DNA from: Candidatus Xenobia bacterium
GTDB taxonomy: Bacteria > Vulcanimicrobiota > Xenobia > Xenobiales > QWHO01
Assembly (NCBI GenBank): GCA_045863235.1
Contig: BTUM01000020.1
Span: forward strand, 1 to 64,000
Length of the DNA stretch: 64,000 nucleotides
Direction of reading: 5' to 3'
Below the pieces are notes generated by a model that worked only from the letters and a program-made list of their open reading frames with translations, had not been told where the DNA came from and made no database searches. This document shows, one piece after another, positions 36,425 through 44,822 of this stretch (positions are counted from its first letter, which is position 1; every line of letters starts with the position of its first letter). The translations under genes were made by a program, and so were the position numbers.

Positions 36425-36543
36425 GGCTACAGGTTCTGGAGGGCCTGCCGGCAAGCCTTTCTCTCGAGGACTACGATCCGTCCCCCCGCCTCCGCCACAA
36501 GATGGCGCAGGGGTTCCGCTCCCAGGGTCTACCTCTCCGCCTG

Positions 36544-36676
36544 GCAGGCTGATGCAGAACCGGTTGTGGTGTCGAAGCAGAGCTCCCGCCACCACAAGAC
36601 ATTGTGTAGGGCATCAGCCTGCTACACATTCTGTTGAGCGCAGGATGATGCAAAAGCCACTTTTGCATCACTCTGC
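36544..36676. repeat. MITE/REP-like element with 12-bp terminal inverted repeats plus an adjacent related hairpin
   Basis: gcaggctgatgc (36544-36555) ... gcatcagcctgc (36611-36622); tgatgcaaaag-cca-cttttgcatca (36646-36670). First 35 bp recur at 62644. Confidence 0.7.
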
Positions 36677-36746
36677 CAGGAGAAGGACCGCGGCGTTCGA
36701 GCAGAAGCACGATTTGAGGTTTTTTCATCGAGCACGAGTTCCGACC

Positions 36747-37856
36747 TCAGCTGCCCAGGCTGGAAAGCACGCCGTAGACCGGCAAGAACATGCCCACGAA
36801 CAAGATGGCGGTGACCACTCCGATGGCGCACACCACCACGGGCTCGAGAATGGTGACCAGCTGGGTGACCACCACTTCCACCTGCTGCTCGAGCAGCCGG
36901 GCCAGCGATTCCAGAAGAAGATCCAGGCTGCCGCTTTCCTCACCCACCTGGCAGAGATTGCTGACCATGGACGGAAAATACGGGATGGTCGAGACGGCCT
37001 GCGAGATGCTTCCCTCCAGCACCAGGCGATCGCGAGCCGCCTCGAGGTAGCGGCGGTGAAGCCGGTGGGGAGAGGTCCTGGCCAGCATGGTCAGGGACTG
37101 GTTCAGGGTTACCCCTTCGCGGTGCAGCGACGCGATGATGTCGCAGAATTGTTTGCAGAGCACCACGCCGATCCAGGGTCCGACCACCGGGGCATGCAGA
37201 GCCATTTCGAACACTCGCTCGGAAAGTTCGCGGCGAAAGTGCCACAGGACAGCCAGGGTGAGCAGGAAAAGGACGATGAAGGCCGGGTGGTTGACCGCCC
37301 CCACCAGACCGATGACGATCTTGGAGAGCAAGGGGAGCTCCAGGTTCATCTGGTGATAGAGACCCAGGAATCTGGGCATCACGAACTTGACGATGCAGAG
37401 CAGGATCAGGAAGCCTGCGGCTATCGTAATGGCCGGGCCGGTGAGGGCCTGACCGATGCGTGCCGAGAGGTTGGCCGAACGTTCCAGCAACTCGCCCGCC
37501 TTGCGCAGCCGTCCGGCCAGGTCGCCCCCCGTTTCGCCGGCCTTGACCAGCATGATGGCGGTGGGCGGAAAGACGTCCGGGAAGGTGGCCAGCGATGAGG
37601 AGAGCGACCAGCCGTGTTTACAGACCCGGTCCAGGATGACGTCCAGGGTTCTGACCAGACGAGGGTGGGACTGCTGAGCCTGGAGCACGTTGAGGGCAGC
37701 TCCCGGCGGGACCCCGTTCTCGAGCAGCAGGGCCAGTTGCTGGAGCAGGACGGCCACTGCTCGCACCGGGACAGGCCCGGCCAGGGTCAATTGGAGCTCT
37801 TCGAGGTCGAACCAGGAAGACCGGGGAGCCTTGTGACTGGCCGCAACCGCCTTCAA
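36747..37856 (-). CDS. Type II secretion system F / PilC-type inner-membrane platform protein
   Basis: Two T2SSF repeats: QLALLLENGVP...AGETGGDL and VGEESGSLD...LEP...GMFLPVY. Confidence 0.92.
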   Translation of the reverse strand: MKAVAASHKAPRSSWFDLEELQLTLAGPVPVRAVAVLLQQLALLLENGVPPGAALNVLQAQQSHPRLVRTLDVILDRVCKHGWSLSSSLATFPDVFPPTAIMLVKAGETGGDLAGRLRKAGELLERSANLSARIGQALTGPAITIAAGFLILLCIVKFVMPRFLGLYHQMNLELPLLSKIVIGLVGAVNHPAFIVLFLLTLAVLWHFRRELSERVFEMALHAPVVGPWIGVVLCKQFCDIIASLHREGVTLNQSLTMLARTSPHRLHRRYLEAARDRLVLEGSISQAVSTIPYFPSMVSNLCQVGEESGSLDLLLESLARLLEQQVEVVVTQLVTILEPVVVCAIGVVTAILFVGMFLPVYGVLSSLGS

Positions 37857-38572
37857 GGCAATTGGCTGACCATGTAGTTCACCACCGCGTCAAGATCGGC
37901 GTCGGAGAGCGCAGTCGTGTTGAAGGTGGTCATGTAGCTCATGTTCTGCCCGGTGCTGGGATCGTTGTAGTAGTAGTTGCTGCTGCCGGTGTTCACAAAG
38001 GCGTTGGGGTTGCGCACCGAGTCCCGGATGTACTGGTCCAGGCTGACTCCGGCTGCGCTGGCGTTGGCTTGAAGCTGGGCCCTGGTCCAGGGGGGAGCCG
38101 CTCCGGTGGTGGACCCGACCTGCCCTCCTCCGCCGTAGGCCTGCATGGAGTGGCACGATAGACAGGTGAGGTTGTTCACGATCAAGCTGTAGCCCGGGGC
38201 GGGCGGGGGTGCGTTGGTCTTGATGGTCTTGAGCTCGCGAAACTGACCGGCGGGGTCGGAAACCCGGACCGTCACCACAATGGCGTCGGGCCCGAAGTCC
38301 GAGTCGAGAGAGTTGGCACTGGTCTCAGTCACCTGCCCGGTGAACGGGGTAGGGCAAGCAAACGGGCCCGTGGTGGTGAAGTAGGAGCCTTCAGCGATGA
38401 CCCTGTCCATCTGAGCCTGAGCCAGCATGTCCATTTTCTGGTTATGCTCGACATGCTGCGGCACGCGACTCCCCGTGATGAACATGCTCATCACGAAGCT
38501 GGCTGAGAGAAAGAGCAGGGCGATGGCCATCACCATCTCGAGCATGGTCAGTCCGCCGCGCCAGCGTCTCAT
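37853..38572 (-). CDS. PilV-like minor pilin fused to a C-terminal monoheme cytochrome c domain
   Basis: Class III signal RG-G|LTMLE with a hydrophobic helix; after a PPPAP linker, CLSCH...YIRDSVRNPNAFV...YMTTF...LSDADLDAVVNYM. Confidence 0.8.
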   Translation of the reverse strand: MRRWRGGLTMLEMVMAIALLFLSASFVMSMFITGSRVPQHVEHNQKMDMLAQAQMDRVIAEGSYFTTTGPFACPTPFTGQVTETSANSLDSDFGPDAIVVTVRVSDPAGQFRELKTIKTNAPPPAPGYSLIVNNLTCLSCHSMQAYGGGGQVGSTTGAAPPWTRAQLQANASAAGVSLDQYIRDSVRNPNAFVNTGSSNYYYNDPSTGQNMSYMTTFNTTALSDADLDAVVNYMVSQLP

Positions 38573-39069
38573 TGCAGTAGCCTCCCCTCCATCTCGATGG
38601 GGGCGCTCAGGGTGGCCACCCAGACGCGGGCTCGGACCATGTTCGGCGTGCCCGACGGGACCACGTCAAAGCCCCGCACGTTGCGCACCATGACCTGTCC
38701 CCCGGAGGGGTCGCCCGGCCCCAGCCTGCGGATTTCGGCGGGCTGGTTGGGCCCCAGCGGTTGCAGCCAGTACTCCACCTGCACCAGGGTCTGGTTGGGG
38801 CCGTTGCGACGCAGCACCAGGTGCTGGGCGGGGCCAGGGTTCAGGGGCACCCCCGAGAGCAGCATGCCGGGTCGGGTGGTCTGCAGCTCGCGTTTGAGCT
38901 GCCCGAGCATGGTCAGCGCCTCGCGACGGGCCTGCACCTTGTCCACCGTCTTGCTCTGGGCCCGGTAGGCTACCACGACCGCCTGACAGACCATGCCCAT
39001 AATCAGCAAAAAGACGGAGGAGGACACCAGCAGCTCGATGATCGTGACGCCCCTACAGGCCTTCATCAT
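38569..39069 (-). CDS. PilW-like minor pilin
   Basis: RG|VTIIELLV prepilin motif with Glu at +5. Confidence 0.8.
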   Translation of the reverse strand: MMKACRGVTIIELLVSSSVFLLIMGMVCQAVVVAYRAQSKTVDKVQARREALTMLGQLKRELQTTRPGMLLSGVPLNPGPAQHLVLRRNGPNQTLVQVEYWLQPLGPNQPAEIRRLGPGDPSGGQVMVRNVRGFDVVPSGTPNMVRARVWVATLSAPIEMEGRLLQ

Positions 39070-39475
39070 ACATCTCCTGGCGGGCTCCGCCAGCGGTGGT
39101 GCCAGCCGGCAAGACGACCGTTCGCGAGGCCACCGTATTGCCCATGGCGTCCACCACCCGGCCGGTGCAGCGATAGAGGTTCAGGCTGCTGTCATAGGCG
39201 ATGTCCACCAGCTCGGTTCCGGTGGCATTCAAGCTGAGCGTCTGAGGGGCCGACTTGAAGAAGTCCGGGTTGTGGACGTCCTTCCAGCAGACGTAGTCAA
39301 CCCCCGCCTGGGCCAGGCAGGTGGCTCGCTCCATCTTTTCGGAGCGAAGCTGCATGTAGCTGTCGCGCTCGACAAAGTAGAGAAAGCCGAGGCCCACGGT
39401 GAACAAAAACATGGCCAGCAGCATGGAGAGCATGAGAGCCATTCCTCGTCGTAGCAGGCGGACCATTTGGTTCAT
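39053..39475 (-). CDS. PilX/GspK-like minor pilin
   Basis: RRG|MALMLSM lacking Glu+5; A..LAQAGVDY motif typical of PilX N-termini. Confidence 0.7.
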   Translation of the reverse strand: MNQMVRLLRRGMALMLSMLLAMFLFTVGLGFLYFVERDSYMQLRSEKMERATCLAQAGVDYVCWKDVHNPDFFKSAPQTLSLNATGTELVDIAYDSSLNLYRCTGRVVDAMGNTVASRTVVLPAGTTAGGARQEMYDEGL

Positions 39476-39545
39476 TTGTACCACAAACCTGGCCGCAATG
39501 CCAGGTTGGGAGAATTTTTTGACGAATGACCGGAGGGTGAGGACG

Positions 39546-40127
39546 ATGCTGCTTGTCCTGGCCATGTTTGCCTGCCACTGCGGCTCGAGCCCTCCTGCCA
39601 AGCCAGCCGCTCCCCCCTCGGTTGCCGGCCAGCCGTCCGCCGCCCCGAGCTCCCCGACGCAAGGTGCAGCCGGCCCTCGGTTGAGTCACAACGCGCCTCC
39701 GGGCGCCGAACCTCAACCCGAGGCCCCTCAGTCGGTTCGTTTGCGCCGCCAGCACCCCGACGACCCCATTCCGGCGCAGCTCTCCGAGCTTCCTGGCTTT
39801 ACCGATGCGAGTCGGGTGGCCCGCTCGGTGGACTACGGTCCCGAATCGGTGGCCCGGGGTCGCAGGATGTATCAAAATGCCTGCGCTCCATGTCACCAGA
39901 TGACTGGCGAGGGAATGCCCGGTCGCAATTACGGGGTCAAGACTCTCCCGCGCGATCTGCGCGAGCCGGAATACTACCGCTATGGAAGCTCCGACCGCGC
40001 GCTCTACCGCACCATCGTCCACGGCATTCCAGGCTCTCCCATGGGCTCATTTGACGGGATGCCGCCTGAGATGGCCTGGGATCTGGTCCACTACGTCCGC
40101 TCCCTGTACAAACCGGAAATGCCCTGA
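39546..40127 (+). CDS. Monoheme cytochrome c, probable lipoprotein
   Basis: Hydrophobic leader with Cys, Pro-rich linker, GRRMYQNACAPCHQMTGEG...PRDL...GIPGSPMGSF...WDLVHYVRSL. Confidence 0.85.
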   Translation: MLLVLAMFACHCGSSPPAKPAAPPSVAGQPSAAPSSPTQGAAGPRLSHNAPPGAEPQPEAPQSVRLRRQHPDDPIPAQLSELPGFTDASRVARSVDYGPESVARGRRMYQNACAPCHQMTGEGMPGRNYGVKTLPRDLREPEYYRYGSSDRALYRTIVHGIPGSPMGSFDGMPPEMAWDLVHYVRSLYKPEMP

Positions 40128-40187
40128 AAGGTCTCCGCTCGGGTTCTCCCGAAAGAATCTAATACAATCATAAGCAAAGGAACCATT

Positions 40188-40955
40188 ATGGAACGAGGAA
40201 CAGCATTCCGTTCGGGCAACCCGGCCCTTTCCGAGAAGACTTTTGAGCAATGGCGCACGCTCAGCCTGCCCCAGAATGATGTGATGACCATTCAGGGCAC
40301 GGTCAACAAGACTGCCATCTTGCTCTTCATCGCGGTCGTTGCCGCCAGCTTTACCTGGAAGCTCTTCCTGGACAAGAACCCGGTGGTTCTACCCCTGATC
40401 ATCGTTGGCTTCGTGGGGGCGCTGATCGTCGGGCTCGTGACCATCTTCAAGAAGGAGTGGTCTCCCGTCACGGCGCCCCTCTATGCGGCCCTGGAGGGGT
40501 TGCTGTTGGGCGGCATCTCGGCCATGTACAACCAGGCCTATGAAGGCATCGTGGCTCAGGCCGTCGTGCTCACCTTCGGCACCCTGGGCGTGTTGCTGGT
40601 GGCCTACAAGTCCGGGCTCATCAAGGCCACTGAGAACTTCAAGCTGATGATCGTGGCGGCCACCGGGGGGATCTGTCTGCTCTACCTGGTGTCCATCTTG
40701 TTCAGCGCCTTCGGGATGCCCAACGCCATTCCGATGATTCACTCGAGCGGCACGTTCGGGATCATCTTCTCGCTGGTGGTGGTGGCCATCGCCGCGCTGA
40801 ACCTGGTGCTCGACTTCGACTTCATCGAGAGCGGCGCCGAGGCCGGCGCGCCCAAGTTCATGGAGTGGTACGGGGCTTACGGCCTGATGGTGACACTGGT
40901 GTGGCTCTACCTCGAGATTCTCCGGTTGCTCTCCAAGCTGCGCAGCCGCGACTGA
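40188..40955 (+). CDS. Bax inhibitor-1/YccA family membrane protein
   Basis: SGNPAL...MTIQGTVNKT...LYAALEG...LDFDFIE.G...APK.MEWYGA.GL.VTLVWLYLEILRLL. Confidence 0.92.
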   Translation: MERGTAFRSGNPALSEKTFEQWRTLSLPQNDVMTIQGTVNKTAILLFIAVVAASFTWKLFLDKNPVVLPLIIVGFVGALIVGLVTIFKKEWSPVTAPLYAALEGLLLGGISAMYNQAYEGIVAQAVVLTFGTLGVLLVAYKSGLIKATENFKLMIVAATGGICLLYLVSILFSAFGMPNAIPMIHSSGTFGIIFSLVVVAIAALNLVLDFDFIESGAEAGAPKFMEWYGAYGLMVTLVWLYLEILRLLSKLRSRD

Positions 40956-40974
40956 GCTCAGCCTCAAGACCAGG

Positions 40975-41007
40975 AAGTAAGCCCGGGGGCGGGCTTACTT
41001 TTTTTTT
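40975..41007 (+). terminator. Rho-independent terminator
   Basis: aagtaagccc-gggggc-gggcttactt followed by a T-run. Confidence 0.88.
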
Positions 41008-41133
41008 GTCGGGGTTGATGCGGGTGCTCAGACGCGCTCTGCTCGCTAAGGCTCGGCAGACTTGATCGAGCTGACTCCTCCTTAGCCTTTCGCGGAGGGT
41101 CTCTCTGCGCAGGGGGCGAACAGGCAGCGCCTG

Positions 41134-41883
41134 ATGAGCCGAATCACCGTACACCGCATTCCTGTTTTGCAAGACAACTACAGCTATCTGATCGAAGACA
41201 CGCAGGAGAAGACCTGCGTGGTGGTCGATCCGGCCGAGGCCGGCCCGGTCAACGCCGCCATCGAGGAACTCGGCCTCAGGCCGGTCATGCTGTGGAACAC
41301 TCACCACCACGCCGACCACATCGACGGCAATCCGGGCGTGCTCGACAAGGCGGGTTCGATTCCCGTTTATGGATCGGCCGGCGACCGGGGGCGGATCCCC
41401 CAGTTGACCCACTTTCTCCAGGCCGGGGACAGCCTCGAGTTCGGGGGCGATACGGTGCGCGTGCTGGAGGTTCCCGGCCACACCCGGAGCCACATCGCTT
41501 ACTACCTGCCCAGCGGGCACCTGTTCTCGGGCGATCTGCTCTTTGGCTACAGCTGCGGCAAGGTTTTCGAGGGCACCATGGAGGACATGTACCGCTCTGT
41601 GGCCCAGGTGGCCGAGTTGCCCGACGAGACGCTGATCTACTGCGGTCACGAGTACACCCTGAACAATCGGCGCTTTGCCGAGACGGTCGAGCCCGACAAT
41701 CCGGACCACAAGGCCCGTGCCGCCGCCGAGACGGCTCCGCCCACCATCCCCCTCAAGCTCGCTCAGGAGAAGAAGACCAACCCCTTCTTGCGCTGGCACG
41801 TGCCGGCCGTGCAGGCATTCACGGGGAAGACCGCGCCGGCCGAGGTGTTCGGCGAGCTACGTCGTCGCAAGGATAACTTCTAA
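41134..41883 (+). CDS. gloB: Hydroxyacylglutathione hydrolase (glyoxalase II)
   Basis: DNYSYL, THHHADHIDG, PGHT, FSGD.LF..SCG, CGHEYT, EKKTNPFLR. Confidence 0.93.
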   Translation: MSRITVHRIPVLQDNYSYLIEDTQEKTCVVVDPAEAGPVNAAIEELGLRPVMLWNTHHHADHIDGNPGVLDKAGSIPVYGSAGDRGRIPQLTHFLQAGDSLEFGGDTVRVLEVPGHTRSHIAYYLPSGHLFSGDLLFGYSCGKVFEGTMEDMYRSVAQVAELPDETLIYCGHEYTLNNRRFAETVEPDNPDHKARAAAETAPPTIPLKLAQEKKTNPFLRWHVPAVQAFTGKTAPAEVFGELRRRKDNF

Positions 41884-42037
41884 GCGCCGTGGCCTGCAAA
41901 CTCGTCCCCACCCCTTCTTGCTGCACGGAACTCGCGGAGAGATTCCAGCGCGACGCCCATCTCCTCCGCCACCACAAAGGGGTTTGCGGCCAGCGCTCTC
42001 TGCGGTTTGAAACATCAGCGACGACAGGAGCTGCCCA

Positions 42038-42610
42038 ATAACTTCTCTGCGTCAGCGGCTGGCCACCCGGCTCGCACCATACCGACCCCAGACGCTCCAG
42101 CGTCCCGACCTGACCCCCACCGGGGTGCTGCTACTGCTGGTTGGCTCGAGCGAGCCCGAGCTCGTCTTGACGCGGCGCAGCGAGCACCTGAGCCGGCACC
42201 CGGGCCAGATCTCCTGTCCAGGTGGGGTCAGGGATGAGGGCGACGCCAACCTTCGCGCCACCGCCCTGCGCGAGTGTCACGAGGAGATCGGCCTGGCGCC
42301 GGAGCGGGTCGAGGTGCTCGGTCAGCTCGACGACGTCTGGACGCCCAGCGGCTTTCTGCTCACCCCCTTCGTGGGCTGGACCGACCCTCCGGTCCAGCTA
42401 TCGCCCTGCAGCGAGGTGGCCGAGATCCTCTCCGTCCCGCTGGGCCAACTGCTTGACCCGGAGGTCTTCGAGCTGGAAGAGCGCTGGCTCGGCGAGCAGA
42501 AGTTCTTGCTGGGCGCCTTCCGCCTCAGGCAGGCCCACGTCTGGGGCGCCACCGCGCGCCTGGTGCAGCGCCTGTTGGAGGTGGGCTTCGACTGGAAGCC
42601 GCCCCGATGA
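42038..42610 (+). CDS. CoA pyrophosphatase-type Nudix hydrolase
   Basis: LTRRSEHLSRHPGQISCPGG...ALRECHEEIG...VWGATA. Frame open from 42011; start uncertain (ATA 42038, CTG 42047 or GTG 42125). Confidence 0.85.
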   Translation: MTSLRQRLATRLAPYRPQTLQRPDLTPTGVLLLLVGSSEPELVLTRRSEHLSRHPGQISCPGGVRDEGDANLRATALRECHEEIGLAPERVEVLGQLDDVWTPSGFLLTPFVGWTDPPVQLSPCSEVAEILSVPLGQLLDPEVFELEERWLGEQKFLLGAFRLRQAHVWGATARLVQRLLEVGFDWKPPR

Positions 42611-43512
42611 AAGTCGTGTTGCTGGCCGGCGGGGTAGGCGGCTCGCGCCTGGCCGATGGGATGGCCCGACTGCTCGGTCCCGAGCTGACCGTGGTGGTCA
42701 ACACCGGGGACGATTTCGACCACTACGGCCTGCGCATCTGTCCCGACCTGGATACGGTACTCTACACCCTGGCCGGCCTGGGCGACCCCGCGCGAGGCTG
42801 GGGCCTGGCGGGCGAGACCTTTAACTGCCTGGAGGCTCTGGAACGGCTGGGGGAGGACCCCTGGTTCTTGCTCGGCGACCGCGATCTGGCCACCCATCTG
42901 TGGCGCCGCCAGGCCCTGGACCGGGGCCTGCGACTCACCCAGGTCACCGATGAGCTGCGCCAGCGATTGGGGGTGACCTGCCGGGTGCTGCCGATGGCGG
43001 ACGAGCCGATGGCCACCAGAGTGCGCACCGACGAGGGCTGGCTCAGCTTTCAAGACTACTTCGTGCGTCACAAGCACCGGCCCGCGGTGCGCGAGCTGGC
43101 CTTCGATGGCAGCCCCGGCCTGAGCCCCGAGCTCGAGCAGGTGCTGGCCGAGGCCGAGCTGACCGTGCTGGCCCCCTCGAACCCGTTCGTCAGCCTGTTG
43201 CCGATCTTGCGGGTGAGCGGGTTGGCCGAGCGGCTGCCCCGGCCCCGGCTGGCGGTCAGCCCCATCGTCGCCGGGCAGGCCCTGAAAGGGCCGGCGGCGG
43301 CCATGCTGGCTTCGCTGGGTTTCCCGGTCTCGGCGGCGGGGGTGGCCCTGGCCCTGCAGGGCCACCTGGACGAGCTGATCTGCGACGATCGGGACCGCGC
43401 TCTTGAGTTGCCCTGTCCGGCTCGGTTCCTGCCCACCGTCATGCGCAATCCGGAAGACCGTCTGGAGCTGGCCCGGAGGATCCTCGAAGGGCGGCCCGAA
43501 AGCCCGGGCTGA
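42607..43512 (+). CDS. cofD: 2-phospho-L-lactate transferase (F420 biosynthesis, FbiA)
   Basis: LAGGVGG, VNTGDD..GLRICPDLDT, WF.LGDRDLATH, FQDYFVR, PSNPFVS, SPIV.G.ALKGPA. Confidence 0.95.
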   Translation: MKVVLLAGGVGGSRLADGMARLLGPELTVVVNTGDDFDHYGLRICPDLDTVLYTLAGLGDPARGWGLAGETFNCLEALERLGEDPWFLLGDRDLATHLWRRQALDRGLRLTQVTDELRQRLGVTCRVLPMADEPMATRVRTDEGWLSFQDYFVRHKHRPAVRELAFDGSPGLSPELEQVLAEAELTVLAPSNPFVSLLPILRVSGLAERLPRPRLAVSPIVAGQALKGPAAAMLASLGFPVSAAGVALALQGHLDELICDDRDRALELPCPARFLPTVMRNPEDRLELARRILEGRPESPG

Positions 43513-44081
43513 TGTCGATTCGAGCCGTGATCCCGGTCAACCGTCTGGAGCAAGCCAAGAGCCGCCTGGCCGAGGTGCTCAGCGACCGCAGCGAGCTGGT
43601 GCTTGAGCTGCTCTCGCGGGTGGTGCAGGCGATCAAGCCGTGCGTGGACGAGGTGCTGATCGTCAGTCCCGACCGCCGCCTCGAGCCCGAAGCCGCACGG
43701 CTGGGGGTGAGCTTTCTCTTGCAGCGCTCCAGCGGCCTCAATCCCGCCCTGGATGAGGCGCGCGCTCACCTGGGAGAGGGCCCGCTGCTGGTGGCGCTGG
43801 GTGACCTTCCCCAGCTGACCGAGCCGGACGTGCGCGCCTTCCTGCTGCGGCCTGAGGAGGTGCTGCTGGCACCCGACCGCGAGCAGAACGGCACCAATCT
43901 AATGTTTCTACGCTCGACCGGGAGCTTCATGTTTCAGTATGGTCCGGGTAGCTTCGTGCGCCACTTCAGCCAGGCGATGGGTCGGGGCCTGACGGTGGGC
44001 GTGCACCGCTCGAGCGGCACCGAGGTCGACCTGGATGCTCCCACCGACCTGCCCCAACTGGCGTGGACGAGCTGCGACTGA
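43512..44081 (+). CDS. cofC: 2-phospho-L-lactate/PEP guanylyltransferase (FbiD)
   Basis: IPV....AKSRL, GLNPAL, GDLP, PDR..NGTN, FQYGPGSF..H, DLD.P.DL; lies between cofD and cofE. Confidence 0.9.
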   Translation: MSIRAVIPVNRLEQAKSRLAEVLSDRSELVLELLSRVVQAIKPCVDEVLIVSPDRRLEPEAARLGVSFLLQRSSGLNPALDEARAHLGEGPLLVALGDLPQLTEPDVRAFLLRPEEVLLAPDREQNGTNLMFLRSTGSFMFQYGPGSFVRHFSQAMGRGLTVGVHRSSGTEVDLDAPTDLPQLAWTSCD

Positions 44082-44803
44082 TCCCCGTCCGGGGAGTTCC
44101 AGAGATTCGGGCCGGAGAGGACGTGGCGAAGCTGCTCGCCCCCCTGCTCGCGCGGCTGGCTCGGCCTGGCGACGTTCTGGTGGTGACCCACAAGGTGCTC
44201 AGCAAGGCGGAAGGACGGCTGGTCGACCTGACCGAGGTGCAGCCATCGGCCCTGGCCGAGAGCCATGCCCGGGCCTGGGGCAAGGACCCCCGCCAGGTGG
44301 AAGTGGTGCTGCGCGAAAGCGGCTCGATCTTGCGCATGGAGGGCCCGGTGATCATCTCTCGCACCCGCCACGGGCTGGTCTGCGCCAACGCCGGCGTGGA
44401 CAAGAGCAACGTGCCAGGCCAGGCGGTCTGTCTTTTGCCGGAGGACCCGGACGCCTCGGCAGGCCGCCTCTACCAGGCGCTGGAGGCGGCTCTGGGTTTC
44501 TCCCTACCGGTGGTGATCAGCGACTCGTTCGGCCGGCCCTGGCGGCTGGGCATCGTCAACGTGGCCATCGGCCTGGCGGGGATGGCGCCCTTTACCGACC
44601 ATCGCGGCCGGACCGACGCCCACGGCTATCGTCTGGAGGCCAGCCTGATGGCGACTGCCGACGCGGTGGCCGCAGCCGCCGAGCTGGTCATGGGCAAGAC
44701 CGATGGCGTGCCGGCCGCCCTGGTGCGCGGCCTCGAGCTGAGCGGCTCGACGGGCTGCGCGGCCGAGCTGATCCGCCCCGGCGAGCAGGATCTCTTTCGT
44801 TGA
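44063..44803 (+). CDS. cofE: Coenzyme F420-0:L-glutamate ligase
   Basis: PEIRAGED, THKVLSKAEGR, CANAGVDKSN, LPEDPDASA, SDSFGRPWRLG, VMGK...VP; no C-terminal nitroreductase domain. Confidence 0.95.
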   Translation: MDELRLIPVRGVPEIRAGEDVAKLLAPLLARLARPGDVLVVTHKVLSKAEGRLVDLTEVQPSALAESHARAWGKDPRQVEVVLRESGSILRMEGPVIISRTRHGLVCANAGVDKSNVPGQAVCLLPEDPDASAGRLYQALEAALGFSLPVVISDSFGRPWRLGIVNVAIGLAGMAPFTDHRGRTDAHGYRLEASLMATADAVAAAAELVMGKTDGVPAALVRGLELSGSTGCAAELIRPGEQDLFR

Positions 44804-44822
44804 CCGGGCGAAGGGAGTCGGC

